From contig MU053881.1 in NCBI GenBank assembly GCA_013239625.1, positions 2,852,001 through 2,916,000 on the forward strand: DNA of 64,000 bases, written 5' to 3'. Both the position numbers and the translations under genes were made by a program. Position 1 is the stretch's first letter, and every line of letters starts with the position of its first letter. Origin of the DNA: Lama guanicoe. Taxonomy: Eukaryota. The notes beneath the pieces were generated by a model. That model was not told where the DNA came from, searched no databases, and was given only the letters and a program-made list of their open reading frames with translations. This document shows, in pieces, positions 43,477 through 56,212 of the stretch.

Positions 43477-44893
43477 GGGGCAGTTTCTGTTGACATATCC
43501 ATTTTTCTTTGAATGGGCCCTACTTCCCCATTGCTTTGTATGGCTTTTTTTTTTTCTTGAAAGTTAGAAAATTTGAATCTAATAATGTGGTAATTCTAGA
43601 TATCAGATTCTCCCACTTTCCCTGGATTTGCTGTTTTTTTTTTGTTGTTTGTTTTGTTATTGTTTTTATTCATTATTTCAGTTTTTTTGCTTAGTGTAGG
43701 CTGTCTCTCCAGATAATCAGCCTGAAGTATAAATAAGCTCTTCTCAGGTCTTTTCTAAGCATTTCCCTGGGCATGGCGTTTACTCTTCAATTTCCCCTGT
43801 ATATGCAGTTGGTTTTTGAATGTCCTAGTCTTTAATGTCTGGCTCCCAAAAAGAGAAAAAGAGAAAAATGAAAGGAGGGAGTAAAAAGGTGCTGGCCTGT
43901 TAAATCCCCTGAAAGTCACTTCAGCCAGAGGGAGACAGGCTTGCAGCAAAGGGGGAGGCAGGCACAAGAACAGTGGTACCTGCCTTTTTGTCTGCATTTC
44001 TGTGATCAGAAGCAGACATTGGCAGTCAGAGCACAGATCCCCAGTATTTGAAGGACAGGGTCCTTTCTGCCCACACCGACTCCAGCAAGCTGTGTGCAGG
44101 CTGTTCCAGGAGCACATGGCACAGCTACCTGCCGTGGGGCGGGACATGGGGGATGCATAGCTCCTACTGTGCTAAGAGCTGAAACTGACCGAAATTTTTT
44201 TTAACCTGATTTGAATCATTTATTATTAAAGTCAAATCTCATCCTCTCTCCAGTACTATCCAATAAGTCATCCTGTGTTCAGAGCGGATGCTGTGTGTGT
44301 GTGCTGCTCAGTACAGTAGCACTTGGAATGTGGCTAAGTGCCACTGAGGAACTGAATGTTCAGTTTTATTCATATTTAAGTTAAATTTAAATTTTTTAAA
44401 TTGAGTTATAGTCAATTTACAATGTTGTGTCAAATTCCAATGTAGAGCACAATTTGTCAGTTATATATGAACATACATATATTCATTGGAAACTGATTGA
44501 AATTAACTGCATTACTGTTCAAGACTTCTGGAAGTTGCAAGACTTCAGTAATCTCCAGAGTTCCAAAATGGTTACATCAGACAGATTCTTCTAGTGCAGT
44601 TGTTGTCTATGTGCGGAGACAGATTTCTCATTCTTTCTACTCTGCCATCTTCCCAAATAAGTCTTACAGTAAGTAATCAGGTCATTTCTTTTTCCTTTCT
44701 TTCTTTTTTAAAAAATCTGCTTTAGTTCACAATATTACCTAGGTCTATGATAGAATTAATACTATCAGCTTCATAAGTAAAATTCTAAGCTGCTGAAATC
44801 AAGCTTTGTGTCCTCTCCTTAGTTTGAGTTCTGCACTTGTGTGACCATCGTAATGAGTCTACCTTGCCCAGGAGACCCAAATCTCTGCCACCC

Positions 44894-45260
44894 TGTGATG
44901 GTCTTTCTGATGTGTCTCCCGTTAGTTAGTCAAACACTAATCTAGATATTTCTCGGAAGGTATTTTATAGATGTGATCCATACTCAGTTGACTTTAAAGG
45001 AGATTATTTTATATAATCTGGGTGGGCCTGAGTCAATCAGTTGAAAGGCCTTTAAGGCAGGACTGAGATTTCCCTGAGAGAACACAGCCCACCTGTGGAG
45101 AGCACCTTCAGCCAGGAGTTCCAGCCTGCCCATTCCGATGGCCCGCATTTATGAACTTCAGACTTGCCTAGCTAACCCCCATAGTGGTGTAAGCCAGTAA
45201 TAAATCTCTTTAACATGTACCTTTCACTAGTTTGCTTTTCTGGTTGAACTGGCTCACACC
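44894..45260. mobile_element. ERVL-type LTR (MLT2-like)
   Basis: TGTGATGG...TCAAACACTAATCTAGAT...ATAATCTGGGTGGGCCTGAGTCAATCAGTTGAAAGGCCTT...AATAAATCTCTTT. Confidence 0.75.
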
Positions 45261-48059
45261 TGTATGTTCAGGATTTGCCAGAAGTGACAGACTCCTTCCT
45301 GTCTTCTCTTCTCCAAAGTCGCCCACCATCAAAGGACTTACATTTCAAGCCCCACTCCTTCCTTATCTACTCTCCTTTCCTTGTAGGATGTTTCCTTCGG
45401 CTCCTGAAAATTCCCTCTACACAATCTGTCATCTCTGGCATGATTGTTTTTGACCTGATTATGACCTGATTATGATCTGAATGACCCTAAAGGTTCTGAG
45501 ACTCTCATATATGAAAGCATCCCGCAGAGTTTGAGCAAAGATCAGCTCCCAGAGAGAATTTTTGGGTGGCCGAAGGGACTGTATACATGGTTCATCAAAT
45601 ATATTTTCTAAAAACGTGGATTTCATAATAGGCATAGAAACGCTAGGGAGTTTTTACAGATTCCAGGAGACTAAAGAGACATGGTAACTAAATACAGTTT
45701 GATATCCTAGACTAGATATTGTACTGGAGGAAAAAAAATGCCCTAAGGATACTGGTAGCTAAACTGACACAGCTGAAATACAGACAGTAGATTGAATTCT
45801 ATGTTACTGTTCAAATGACCAAAGTCGATAACTATGTTGGAGATAGGAAACAGAATATCCTTATTCTCAGGAAATACTCAACTATTTAGGGGTAAAGAAT
45901 AATGATGTTTGCAACTTACTCTCAAACATTTAGGCAAAAGTATAATATGTCTAAGGAAAGCAAATGTAACAAAATGCTAAAAGTAGGTGACTTTGGGCCA
46001 TAGGAGTAGCAGTGCTCTGACTATTCTTGCAACTTTTCTGTAAATTTGTATTTTTTCCGAAGAAAAAGTTTTCAGAAAATGGCCCATGACTCTTCTCCCC
46101 TGAATTTTATCTCCTTTGAGAGTCTGACTCTCATAGCCCCCGGAAATGTGCTATTATAGCCCTCTCGGTGAAGAGCAGTGGGATACACGTATCACAACAT
46201 TTGTGTTTACAGAATATAGAAAAAGGACACCAGGGAAAACGAAATAGAAAATACACATAGATACAAAGAATTACACTTATAACATAGAGGCTTCAGGTAC
46301 TAGGAATCAGAGTGTAGTATCTGAAGTCAATTACACCTGAGTTCTAATCTTTGCTCTGTCCCATGCCTCCAATAACAGCCATGTGACCTCTTTGTTCTTC
46401 AGTGTCCTTATCTGGAATCAGGAGATATAAATTCTCAGTGTATGTAGGAAAAAAAAAATGCTAGCATATGAAGAGGAATCCTGAAAATGAAAGCTAAGGA
46501 GGGAAAACTAGACACCAAATAAATCTCCCACCCCAAGAGTCTACTGATGTTATCAGCATTCTTTGGAGTCTAAAAAGCTCTGATGTCTCCAAGAATTTCT
46601 GGTTTTAAAGCGGTAGGGAAGTGAACTGGGGAGAGAAAAGGGCCTCATTTCCTAAGACCCCTCAGAGCCTCGTGCTTTGTATGTGGACTCGCTTAGTATT
46701 TAGGACCTTATGACACTCTCCCATGCTGCTGGTGGAAATGTAGATTGTTAGAACCTCTTCAGGTGTTTTGGTAGCATCTATTCGATTAAAAAAATGCATA
46801 TGTGCACAATGAAGTTTGCATAGAGATCTTCACTGCAGTATGGTCCTAAAAACAAATTCATGGACACAAAAATGTCCCTCAAAGGGATCAGCTGAATAAA
46901 CTATTACGCATCAATTACACCATTAAAGACTGCATCCATTAAAAGAATGAGTATCTGCATATACTGATACGAAATTATTTCTTCAGTGTATTTACCATAG
47001 AAAACAAAGTGTGTAAGGAATGCTATCATTTTTGGGGGGACAGGGGAGGATCACACACACCTATCCTCCTCTCCCAGGGTACTTATTTACACTTAACCTA
47101 TCTCTGGAAGTTCACGCAAAAAATTTAACGATATTTTTTGGAAGGGTAATTTGGGGACAAGGTGATTTGGGGGTAAACTTACTTTTCACTCTACTCTCTA
47201 TTTTCCACATTTGTTACCAGGTACCAAAAAATTGTACCTTTCGAAATTTTTAATTTTTATACAATTTTAAAGGTTGCTTTCCATTTACGGTTATTATAAA
47301 TTATTGGCTCTATTCTCCGTGTTGTACAATACATTCTTGAGCCTGTCTTTCTTACACCCATTTATTTGTACCTCCACGCCACTGATAACCACTAGTTTGT
47401 TCCCTGTATCTGTGAGTCTGCTTCTTTTATGTTATGCTCACTAGTTTGTTGTATTTTCATACAAAGGTCCAGCCACCTTCTCACCACCGAAACCCTGTCC
47501 CAGCCCACAGTCCTTCTCAAGGGCTCTGGCTGGCATTGGCGGCTCATCCCTGGTTTCCTCAGCAAGAAGGGAGTGTGGTTTAAAGGTGTGGTGTGAAGGG
47601 TGGGGAATAGTCCAAGGGACGGGACATAGGTGGATACTGACTTCTCACTCTGTGTCTTTTACATATTTTTGCATATATTATCACGTGCATATAGCACCTT
47701 TTAAAAACAATTTATTTCAAAAACATCCCCAACCCCTTCTCCACCCCTCCACACACCCCTCTCCCAAGCCAACAAACCCCTAGCCCTTAACTCGGACAAG
47801 CTCACCAGCTGGTTCTTCTTCAGCAAGGAGTCGAGGGCCTTCTGCTTTAAGGGAGGGGCTGAGGGGTGGGAGGCAACCCTCGAGAAAAGGGTTTTTTTAC
47901 TGATGGGGAACTGAGGTTTAGAAGGATTGCGTTGGCTTATCTCTTCGATTAAACAGGGATAAAAATATATCTACCAAACAGTAGGTAAGAGGAAAATAAC
48001 GACCCCGAAAAACCTCCTAAAAGTTAACTGTGAAGGAAATTTAAAGCGGAACCATTACC

Positions 48060-48720
48060 CCTTGAAAAGGCAAAAAGCGGGAACGCGCTGCATGCCGGGA
48101 CGTGTAGTCCCTTCCGGGGTGGCCCACAGTGCGGCTGCGCGGGAGGGGGCCCGCTTCTCCACGCGCATGCGTGCGGCGGCGGCGGCAGGACTGACTGCAC
48201 CCGGGCTTGGGCGGCCGAGTCGGCGTCCGCGAGCTCGGCATGGCGATTCCGGCGACGTCCATGGGGCCCTCGGCGCTGGGCCAGAGCGGTCCCGGCTCGA
48301 TGGCTCCCTGGTGCTCAGTGACCAGCGGCCCGACGCGCTACGTGCTGGGGATGCAGGAGCTGTTCCGCGGCCACAGCAAGACGCGCGAGTTCCCGGCGCA
48401 CAGCGCCAAGGTGCACTCGGTGGCCTGGAGCTGCGACGGGCGTCGCCTGGCCTCGGGGTCCTTCGACAAGACGGCCAGCGTCTTCCTGCTGGAGAAGGAC
48501 CGGTTGGTGAGCTGCTAGGGCCCGGTCCAGGCCAGGGAGAGGGGCTGTGGTAAAGCGAGGTGTGACGGTAAGGAGAGAACGGGGCGAAGGGGCGGGTGGA
48601 GGTGAGACCGGGGAGGGGTAGGAAGGGGCGTGGAGGGGCGGGGCGTGCGCGGTGCGGGAACGAGGAGTGTGGGGGTGACGAGGGGGCGGGGAGGGGGTTG
48701 GTGGAGAGGCGGACCGGGGT
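48060..48720 (+). promoter_or_regulatory. THOC3: THOC3 CpG-island promoter with ZNF143/THAP11-type, ETS and NRF1 motifs
   Basis: CpG-dense. TGCATGCCGGGACGTGTAGTCC at 48089-48110 (reverse strand ACTACAnnTCCCnGnATGC); CTTCCGG ETS core at 48111-48117; CGCGCATGCGTG NRF1-like palindrome at 48162-48173. Confidence 0.8.
48240..48506 (+). CDS. THOC3: THOC3 (THO complex subunit 3 / TEX1, WD40 repeat) coding exon 1
   Basis: ATG at 48240 encodes MAIPATSMGPSALGQSGPGSMAPWC...AHSAKVHSVAWSCDGRRLASGSFDKTASVFLLEKDRL. GTGAGC donor at 48507; 267 nt, phase 0. Confidence 0.96.
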
Positions 48721-49224
48721 GAGGGCAGGTGAGGGTGTGTAGGGAGTGTAGCAGTCGGGAGGTGTGAAGATGAGCGGGGAGGAATGGTGACCAGCCATGA
48801 GGAGGGTGGTGGGGGTGTGGGAGAGCGGGAGGAAAAATGTGTGGTGGTGAGGAGTGACTAGGGCGGTGGTGGTGGGCTCCCTGTGCTGATAAGGAGGGCC
48901 TCTTTGGAAACGATAGGGCCTCCTGGCAATGAGCAGGTGGGTTGGGACCCTTGGTGGCACAGTAGGGTGGAAAACCAGAAAGCAGGAGGAAGGCCAGGGA
49001 GGGCAGAATGGTAAGGGCATTGATGCGGAGCTCGTCCGCAGAGTAGTTCAGACTGATGGGGAGGAAGGGAGGGAGGATATTGGGAAGAGGCTTGGAAGGA
49101 CTGAACTCTTTAATTATCCACACTTTTGTTGGTTGTAAAATACCTTGTTCTGAATAAGGTTAAGAAGGTGCATGTGGAGGCAGGTACGTATGGGTAAAGT
49201 GACATCTGGATTCTGTCGTTTCAG

Positions 49225-49381
49225 GTCAAAGAAAACAATTATCGGGGGCATGGGGATAGTGTGGATCAGCTTTGTTGGCATCCAAGTAACCCTGATCTGT
49301 TTGTCACCGCGTCTGGGGACAAAACCATTCGCATCTGGGACGTGAGGACTACGAAATGCATTGCCACCGTGAACACTAAAG
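49225..49381 (+). CDS. THOC3: THOC3 coding exon 2
   Basis: TTTCAG acceptor; encodes VKENNYRGHGDSVDQLCWHPSNPDLFVTASGDKTIRIWDVRTTKCIATVNTK (GH...WD repeat); GTGACT donor; 157 nt. Too short for the ORF track. Confidence 0.96.
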
Positions 49382-50573
49382 GTGACTGTTCAGAGAGAGG
49401 GCAGTAGGAAGATAAGCTACTTAGAGTTACTCAACAGGCATTTTTTTGACTAGGGCCCTGAGCTGAATGGGACTATCTCCAGCTCCCACGACCTTATGGT
49501 TTAGTGCAGGGAGAGAAACACATGTTTCAAAAAAACAGTTGGGAAAGTGCTAATAGGTTAGAATGACTGATCTTGCTGTAAGTGGTTTTGATCTGGGAGA
49601 AAATGACCTGGAAGTTGTGCAGTATATTTATAGACTCTGTTCTTTACCAGGTATTGTCGTATAAATCTTGAGGCTGTCTATTAAATTTTATTGACTAAAA
49701 TGTTATTGATTATAAGATGCAGTAATATTTTGTGCACCATTAGGAAAAAAAATAAAGCTTTACGTATCAGGTAATTGTGATACACCAAAAATTTTAAGAT
49801 GTGTCGTGATGCATTCTAAGATACATTATAGATAATAAAATGAAAAAATATGCATTTTAGAATCAATCAAGTTGACAAAATTTTTAATTGATCTGTTCAA
49901 TGTGGGCTACTGGACTTTGTTGGCAAGACTTGTACCTGGAGGTGGAATGTTGTAGCGGTTTCCCCAAGTACACAACTGGTGATCCATGAATGATTTGGTT
50001 GGTATGTGGATGAATATTAAAGACCGATTGTGTGTATATGTTAATGTTGACTGACAAAGAAGAACTAGTCCATAGAATTTATTGCTAAAATGAAGCTATA
50101 TTTATGTAAGAAAGTTTTTAAGGTCAATTTTAAGAAAAATCTTAAATGAAGAAGAGCTTAGCAGTCACACAGATAGTACAAAGACTGTGAAAATGGCATG
50201 TGAATGACTTGCATTTGGAAGGTGCTGGTGTGAGAGTCAGAGGCCTTGGTGTCTAATCTGGGCCTAGATCTTGGCTCCGTGACTGTATAGCTTTGACATT
50301 TTGGCTCATCTCTCTTATCTTCCATTTCTTCATCTTGAAAATGAGGATAAAAAAATTGTCCTTTAGAGAAGGGTTGTGTGAACTGAAGGGGGAAATTTGT
50401 AGATGAAGGTGCTGGGCTCCTAGGTGGTGATCTGTAAGTGGCTGTTCCCTTCCATTGATGGGGACCTCACTGAGTGAGCTCTGGTGACAGCCCTCGTCTT
50501 CCTGTGATAACAAAATAAACGCCTGGAGGATTACGGGCACACTGTACCTTGCTGATTACATCTGGGTCCCCAG

Positions 50574-50778
50574 GGGAGAACATTAACATCTGCTGGAGCC
50601 CGGACGGGCAGACCATTGCCGTGGGCAACAAGGACGACGTGGTGACCTTCATTGATGCCAAGACACACCGTTCCAAAGCGGAGGAGCAGTTCAAATTTGA
50701 GGTCAATGAGATCTCGTGGAACAATGACAATAACATGTTCTTCCTGACGAATGGCAATGGCTGCATCAACATACTCAG
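50574..50778 (+). CDS. THOC3: THOC3 coding exon 3
   Basis: CCCCAG acceptor; encodes (G)ENINICWSPDGQTIAVGNKDD...NGNGCINIL; GTGAGC donor; 205 nt, phases compatible with neighbouring exons. Confidence 0.96.
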
Positions 50779-50889
50779 GTGAGCGGCTTCTGGCTTAGGG
50801 GACTGTCCTATCTTTGCACTGGGTGCTGTGGGGGACACTGAGATGAATTAGATGTGAGTCTATCCTGAAGGAGCTTGAAGGGCAAATTA

Positions 50890-51119
50890 CAGTTTGAACA
50901 ACTTGGATGGCAACCATCCAGGTCCATGTATACATATATGGATGTTTTTCGGTGGTAAATACTACAATACTGCGTGACCTGTGGTTGGTTGTGTCTGGGA
51001 GGCGGAGCTGCAGGTACAGAGGAACCGCAGATGCGGAGGGCCAGCTGTAAATTACACGTGGATTTTGGACTGTGCGGAGGGTCGGCATCCCTAACCTTCT
51101 CGTTCAAGGGTCAGCTGTA
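50890..51119. mobile_element. Tigger2/MER8-like TcMar DNA transposon remnant in THOC3 intron 3
   Basis: Ends GGATTTTGGACTGTGCGGAGGGTCGGCATCCCTAACC...GTTCAAGGGTCAGCTG-TA, with partial inverse terminus TA-CAGTTTGAACAAC. Confidence 0.75.
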
Positions 51120-52070
51120 GTAATGAAGTTGCTCTTTTGAGCACTGTCGAGCCAGGCACCTTATATTTCCCTGAGTCCTCACAGAAGCCCCAGGGAGTTG
51201 GTGGTGTGGTTCTCATTTCACAGACGAGGACCAGGGGTTCAGAGAGGTTAAGTCAGTAGTCAGCTAGTGAACGCTAGAGCTGGACGCACCTTGAGTTACA
51301 CTAATTCGCACCCGTAAAGTCTCAGCTTAAAACTATCACTTCCCCTCTAAGGAAGCCATCTTCACACCCACCCTTCTAAGGTCAGAAGCTTATTTTATGT
51401 ACTTCCTGTTGGAAGCATTTCTCATTCTGCATTGTAGCTGCATGTTTACTTGCCCGTATCTTCCATTAGACTGTGAATTCCACACGGGTAGGGACTGCCT
51501 TCAACTTGTTTGCTGTTGACGCCCTAGTGCCTAGTCCGCTGCCTGCTACACAAAGTTAGGGTCTCAGTAAATAAAGGTGGGTTCTCTAAGTGAATGGAGT
51601 TGTGGAATTGAAATTCAGGTCTGTCTGATTTCTGTGCTTTCTGCCATCTTGGGTGAGCAGTGCTGGTCCGCGTGTCAGAGGGGCTGGGAGTTTGCTGTGG
51701 AATCCCAAGGAAAGAGACCTAGCATGTTGACTGTGGGAGTTGGTGGTTGAAGGAGGCAGCTACTGAGTTTGGCTTCGAAAGATTAGTCGCACTTTAAGAA
51801 TCAGCAAAAGAGAGCTGCACGATGGACAGAACAAGTGTGAGTGCGCGGCTCATTTGGAGAGTAGTTGGTAGGTCAGAGTTGCTGAGAGTGGTGGCAGATA
51901 AAGTATCGAGGGAGGTCCTGAAACGGGAAGGTGAAGTTGAAATATAATTTGGGATCAGATTACTTGGGCTTGAAATTCTATGCTTAGCAACTTGAATTTT
52001 ATTCTGTAGGTAGTGGTTTTGTTTGTTTGTTTGCTTGTAAGCCTTTTTTGTTTTAGAAAATAAAACAGAT

Positions 52071-52169
52071 GGGGATGTGGGTAATAGCTCAGTGGTAGAA
52101 CGTGTGTTTGGCGTGCACAAGGTCCTGGGTTCAATCCCCAGTGCCTCCGTTAAGGGGAAAAAAAAAAAG
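52071..52169 (+). mobile_element. tRNA-Ala-derived SINE (Vic-1 related) with poly(A)
   Basis: TAGCTCAGTGGTAGAACG (A box)...GGTTCAATCCCC (B box) followed by an A-tail. Confidence 0.8.
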
Positions 52170-53502
52170 ATGTAGAAAACCATGTAATTACACGTGTATA
52201 GCTTAATTAACTGTTACACGCTTAACACCTGTGTCACCCCAGCCAGGTCGGTTAGTGCTTTCCCGGCCACCTCAGGGGGGCTTTGTCCTAATCACAACTC
52301 CCTCCCCTTCGAAACACTTTCTCGATTTTTACAGTATTTCTTTATAGCTTTAGCTACCAAGTGTGCATCTCTAGATACTCTAATTTTGCTCATTTAAAAA
52401 AGTTTGACCTGTCTTGTATGTCTGTTAAACTGTGGGGTCTCCCTCCATCCCTTTTTTTTTATCCAAGAGCTTAGCTGTTGAAAAACCAGTCTGTTAACCT
52501 GTGGAGCTTATCCCAGTGTGGGGTTTGCTGATTCCAAATGCTTGCTTATTTACTGGGATTTAAGTTACACTTCCTCTCATCTGTTTGGTTACCTAGGAAT
52601 CGAGTTCTTTAGAGAAGGCAGGTAAGTGCTTGATTCTCTCCCGTTGTCATCAGGTAATGGGTTAGTTCCTCGTTGCCTCCAAAGATGCTCAGCTAGGTTT
52701 TTGTCTTAAAAGAATCATCGTGGACTCATGTGTTTAAGCATGGTGGGTGTGTTTCAGTCTTTTGTAATCAGTATCCTAATTGAAACTCAAATCATCTTGT
52801 CTTTGGCCAGTGGGATCCTCTTCCTGTTGGTTCCTGAGTCACTTTATTGACATAATCCCAGTAGTCTTCAGTTTCTTGCTCTCTGGTGTGACGAGCTATC
52901 CCAAGTTCACCTCGTGTATTTCTTGCCTCAAACCTTTAGTCAGAAAATTCTCTGAGAATCCCTGGATCCTCTTACTTGGAAATAATATTGGAGCTTGGAA
53001 CGTCCGTATTGTCAGGTTGATCATTGTTTCTAGACCTTCCCAGTGGACAGAGCTGCTAGGAAGTATGTGTGTTTACTGTAAGATAAAATACTTGTGAATT
53101 CATACCGATAACTTCCAGCGAAAATCTCTTTCCTTGCAAACTGAGTATTCCAGTTCTTGGAGATTCAGGGGATTATAGAATTTGAATATCCCATGGTTAC
53201 TTACTACCTCTGTCCCATTACACATGCAGATATCTCAGAGTAACAGTCCTTCCACCACCACCAGTCTGATGACTTAAAATAGTAAATTTTGCTTTTTGAA
53301 TATGGTTTCTTCATTTTTCCTCCATTAAAAAAATTAGCTAATACTATATATTGTCAGGTTGTACAGCTATTACATGTTATACCTTACCTCTAAACATACA
53401 TCATTTCTACAAGAAACTATGTTTTTTTTTTTTTTAAAGAAACCTGACTCTAAGCTGAGCCAGGCTCTTTTTTTTTTTAATTTAAAAGAAATTTAAAAAA
53501 AT

Positions 53503-53611
53503 TTTTCGGGGGGAGGTAATTAAGTTTACTTACTGAAGACATACTGGGGATTGAGCCCAGGACCTCATACATGCCAAGCATGCGCTCTACCACTTGAGCT
53601 ATGCCCTCCCC
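53503..53611 (-). mobile_element. tRNA-Ala-derived SINE (Vic-1 type)
   Basis: GGGGGAGGTAATTAAGTTTA...CTGGGGATTGAGCCCAGGACCTCATACATGCCAAGCATGCGCTCTACCACTTGAGCTATGCCCTCCCC. Confidence 0.85.
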
Positions 53612-54198
53612 ACCAAGAAAACCATGTGTTTAATGTTCATCACCAGCCCTAGGCTGGTAAGTCTCTGGTCTCTGACTGTCAGAGCTCACTCTCCAGTTTA
53701 GATTCCTCAGGAGGGGATCGGGGGATAATGTTCCCTGAGTTCATACGTTTTATAACTTACGTACATATAAAACTTACAATTTATGGTATTGTGCTTATTG
53801 TTTGAATTACTTTATAATTGATAGTCAGTTTTGCTAGATACAAAAATTTTGATTCCTGTTTTCTTGCTTGTGTATCTTCAGTATGTTACTCGTTTTCTTT
53901 TGTTGTAAGGTGTTCCTGTCAAAGTCAAAAAGTCTGATGATCTAATTTTCTTTAAAGTCCAGTAACTTTACTACCACATGTCTTCACGTTGGTTAGTCTG
54001 GTTCCCATTCTCAGGTGTGTGGTGTGCTGTTTCAATGTATTGTTTGAAATCATTTTATTTGAGGAAAATTGCCTTGAATTACAGTCTTTGATGTTTGTTC
54101 TGTTGCCTTACTTTGGTTTTCTTCTTCAGTGTCTCTTGGTATCATGTTAGCGCCAGAGTCCTCTTCCCAGTTTGATTGCCGCCTGTCTCGTTCCTCAG

Positions 54199-54360
54199 CT
54201 ACCCGGAGCTGAAGCCCGTGCAGTCCATCAACGCCCATCCTTCCAACTGCATCTGTATCAAGTTTGACCCCATGGGGAAGTACTTTGCCACGGGAAGTGC
54301 AGACGCTTTGGTCAGCCTCTGGGATGTAGATGAGTTAGTGTGTGTTCGGTGCTTTTCCAG
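54199..54360 (+). CDS. THOC3: THOC3 coding exon 4
   Basis: TTCCTCAG acceptor; encodes (S)YPELKPVQSINAHPSNCICIKFDPMGKYFATGSADALVSLWDVDELVCVRCFS; GTAAGC donor; 162 nt. Confidence 0.96.
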
Positions 54361-54479
54361 GTAAGCAGCTCTGCCAGCCCTTTCCTTGTTAGGTAAATTA
54401 CTTTTATCTCATTGTGGGCGAAATCGTGCCCTCCTCTTACTGGGTTATTCTAATGGCTCCTCTGTCTGCTCTGTTATAG

Positions 54480-54580
54480 GCTGGATTGGCCTGTGAGGAC
54501 CCTCAGTTTTAGCCACGATGGGAAAATGCTGGCATCGGCGTCAGAAGATCATTTCATCGACATTGCTGAAGTAGAGACAG
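54480..54580 (+). CDS. THOC3: THOC3 coding exon 5
   Basis: TTATAG acceptor after a 119-nt intron; encodes (R)LDWPVRTLSFSHDGKMLASASEDHFIDIAEVET; GTAACT donor; 101 nt. Confidence 0.96.
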
Positions 54581-55783
54581 GTAACTAAACCTCACTACCT
54601 TAACGAGAATCCTCTGTCTCACCTCCGGCCATCGGGAGTCCTGTCCTGCGCTTTCGTCTCTGTGTATGACCACTTCACCAGCATTAGCATGAATGAATTT
54701 GTCTCCTTGGGGCAAGTTATTTTTTAAGACTATTATAGTCACGTGATGACGGAGTAAGGAGGAAAGAAAAGGACAGGTCTGAAAGAAAGTGATTAAAGAA
54801 TATATTTTGCATTTTATTCATTTTTAATTCTTCCATTATAACAAAAGTTTTAAAATACAGAAAATGAATGAATGACCCACCGTTTAAATACAGCCTCTTT
54901 TTGCATTGTGTTTTATTTCTTCCTGCCTTTTTCTTGTATGTGAACTTAAAAAATACATATGTATATTTTATAATTTAAGAAATTATCAGAGTAGATGTGA
55001 TTTGTTTTAAACAGCAACAAAGGAAAACTTGAAAATAGAAAAATGGGAGGTGAGTATTCATTTTACAAAAGAATTTCCTCAAGTTTATTTTTTAGTGTAG
55101 CTTTGTTGTTTTTGGAAATACATGATGCTTTAGTGAAAGAATGCAAACTATACAGAAAACTTCAAAGAAGAAAGTAAAGAACTTGAAATTCCACCGTTTA
55201 AAGAGTGCCACTGTTGATAACATTGTGGTGAGTGTGGTCCAGCCATCCAGCAGCTTCATGTAACCCTCGTGTTCATGTGATGCAGGGGTGCGCTCCTGCT
55301 GCTCCAGGGCCCACCTGCCTCACCTGCAGGATGTTAGAGCTTCTTCAGTGGCGATGACTGCTGAGCTCTGCTGCTACTCTTAATGGGGCTTAGAATTCCA
55401 CTGACTCTCCCGGTATATCCCCAAGCTGCCCCACTCTTAGATGGCTTCTAATCTTTGCACCATGATAAACAATGTTGTGATGAGGATCCTTTTACTTACA
55501 TAGTCATCCTTTGGGGTAAACCATTGAATTGGTCTTGCTGAGTCAAAGCTGTTCATTTTATGAAGGACCAAACTTCATTACAGAAGGGTTATTGCAGTGT
55601 TTGCTCTCAGCAGCAATGCATGCATGAAGTTAATGGCCTAAAAAGAAATGAAAGAGGAGAAGCAGCCTCTGAAACCATTTTTTATGTCTGTGTAACACAG
55701 AAATTTTATCAGACATGTTGCTGTAGATTGCCAGATCCTGGCATTATGAAGAGTGGTTAACTTTCCCCCAGATAGAATTACTT

Positions 55784-55815
55784 AAAACAAAACAAAACAA
55801 AACAAAACAAAACAA
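55784..55815. repeat. (AAAAC)n microsatellite
   Basis: About 6 tandem AAAAC units. Confidence 0.9.
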
Positions 55816-56212
55816 CTCTCTCTTTATACACACACACATAACATATGCATATAAACATGTATTTAAATAGCTTTATTGAAATAGAATTCACATACCATAT
55901 AGTTGAGTTTGAAGTATATAAATTCAGTATATCCTGCATTTTAAAATCAACACCACACTGTGAACATTTTACTATGTTGTTCTTCACCCTAAGTTGAGTA
56001 GGACTTAAAAAAAATTGCTTTAGAAAGATCATGTTTACTTTCAACAAGTAGGAGGAATAAACTTTTTGGAAAAAGAACTCTGTCTGCCAGGCGTTTGGCT
56101 CAGTCGGAAGGAAGGTCTGTGGCTGTGGGTGCAGACTGACTTCCTGTGCTGGCTCTGCTGCTTCCTTCAGGTGTGACTTCACTCTTAAGTCACCTGTTCC
56201 TTTTTCCCCCCT

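Noticed and set aside
48055..49123. 321-aa and 202-aa minus-strand ORFs antisense to THOC3 exon 1/intron 1
   Set aside because: Low-complexity Pro/His/Ser translation of a G-rich strand; no domain resemblance.
52071..52150. Possible tRNA-Ala gene (GGC at the anticodon position)
   Set aside because: Acceptor stem is disrupted, a poly(A) tail follows, and it belongs to the same family as the other SINE copies.
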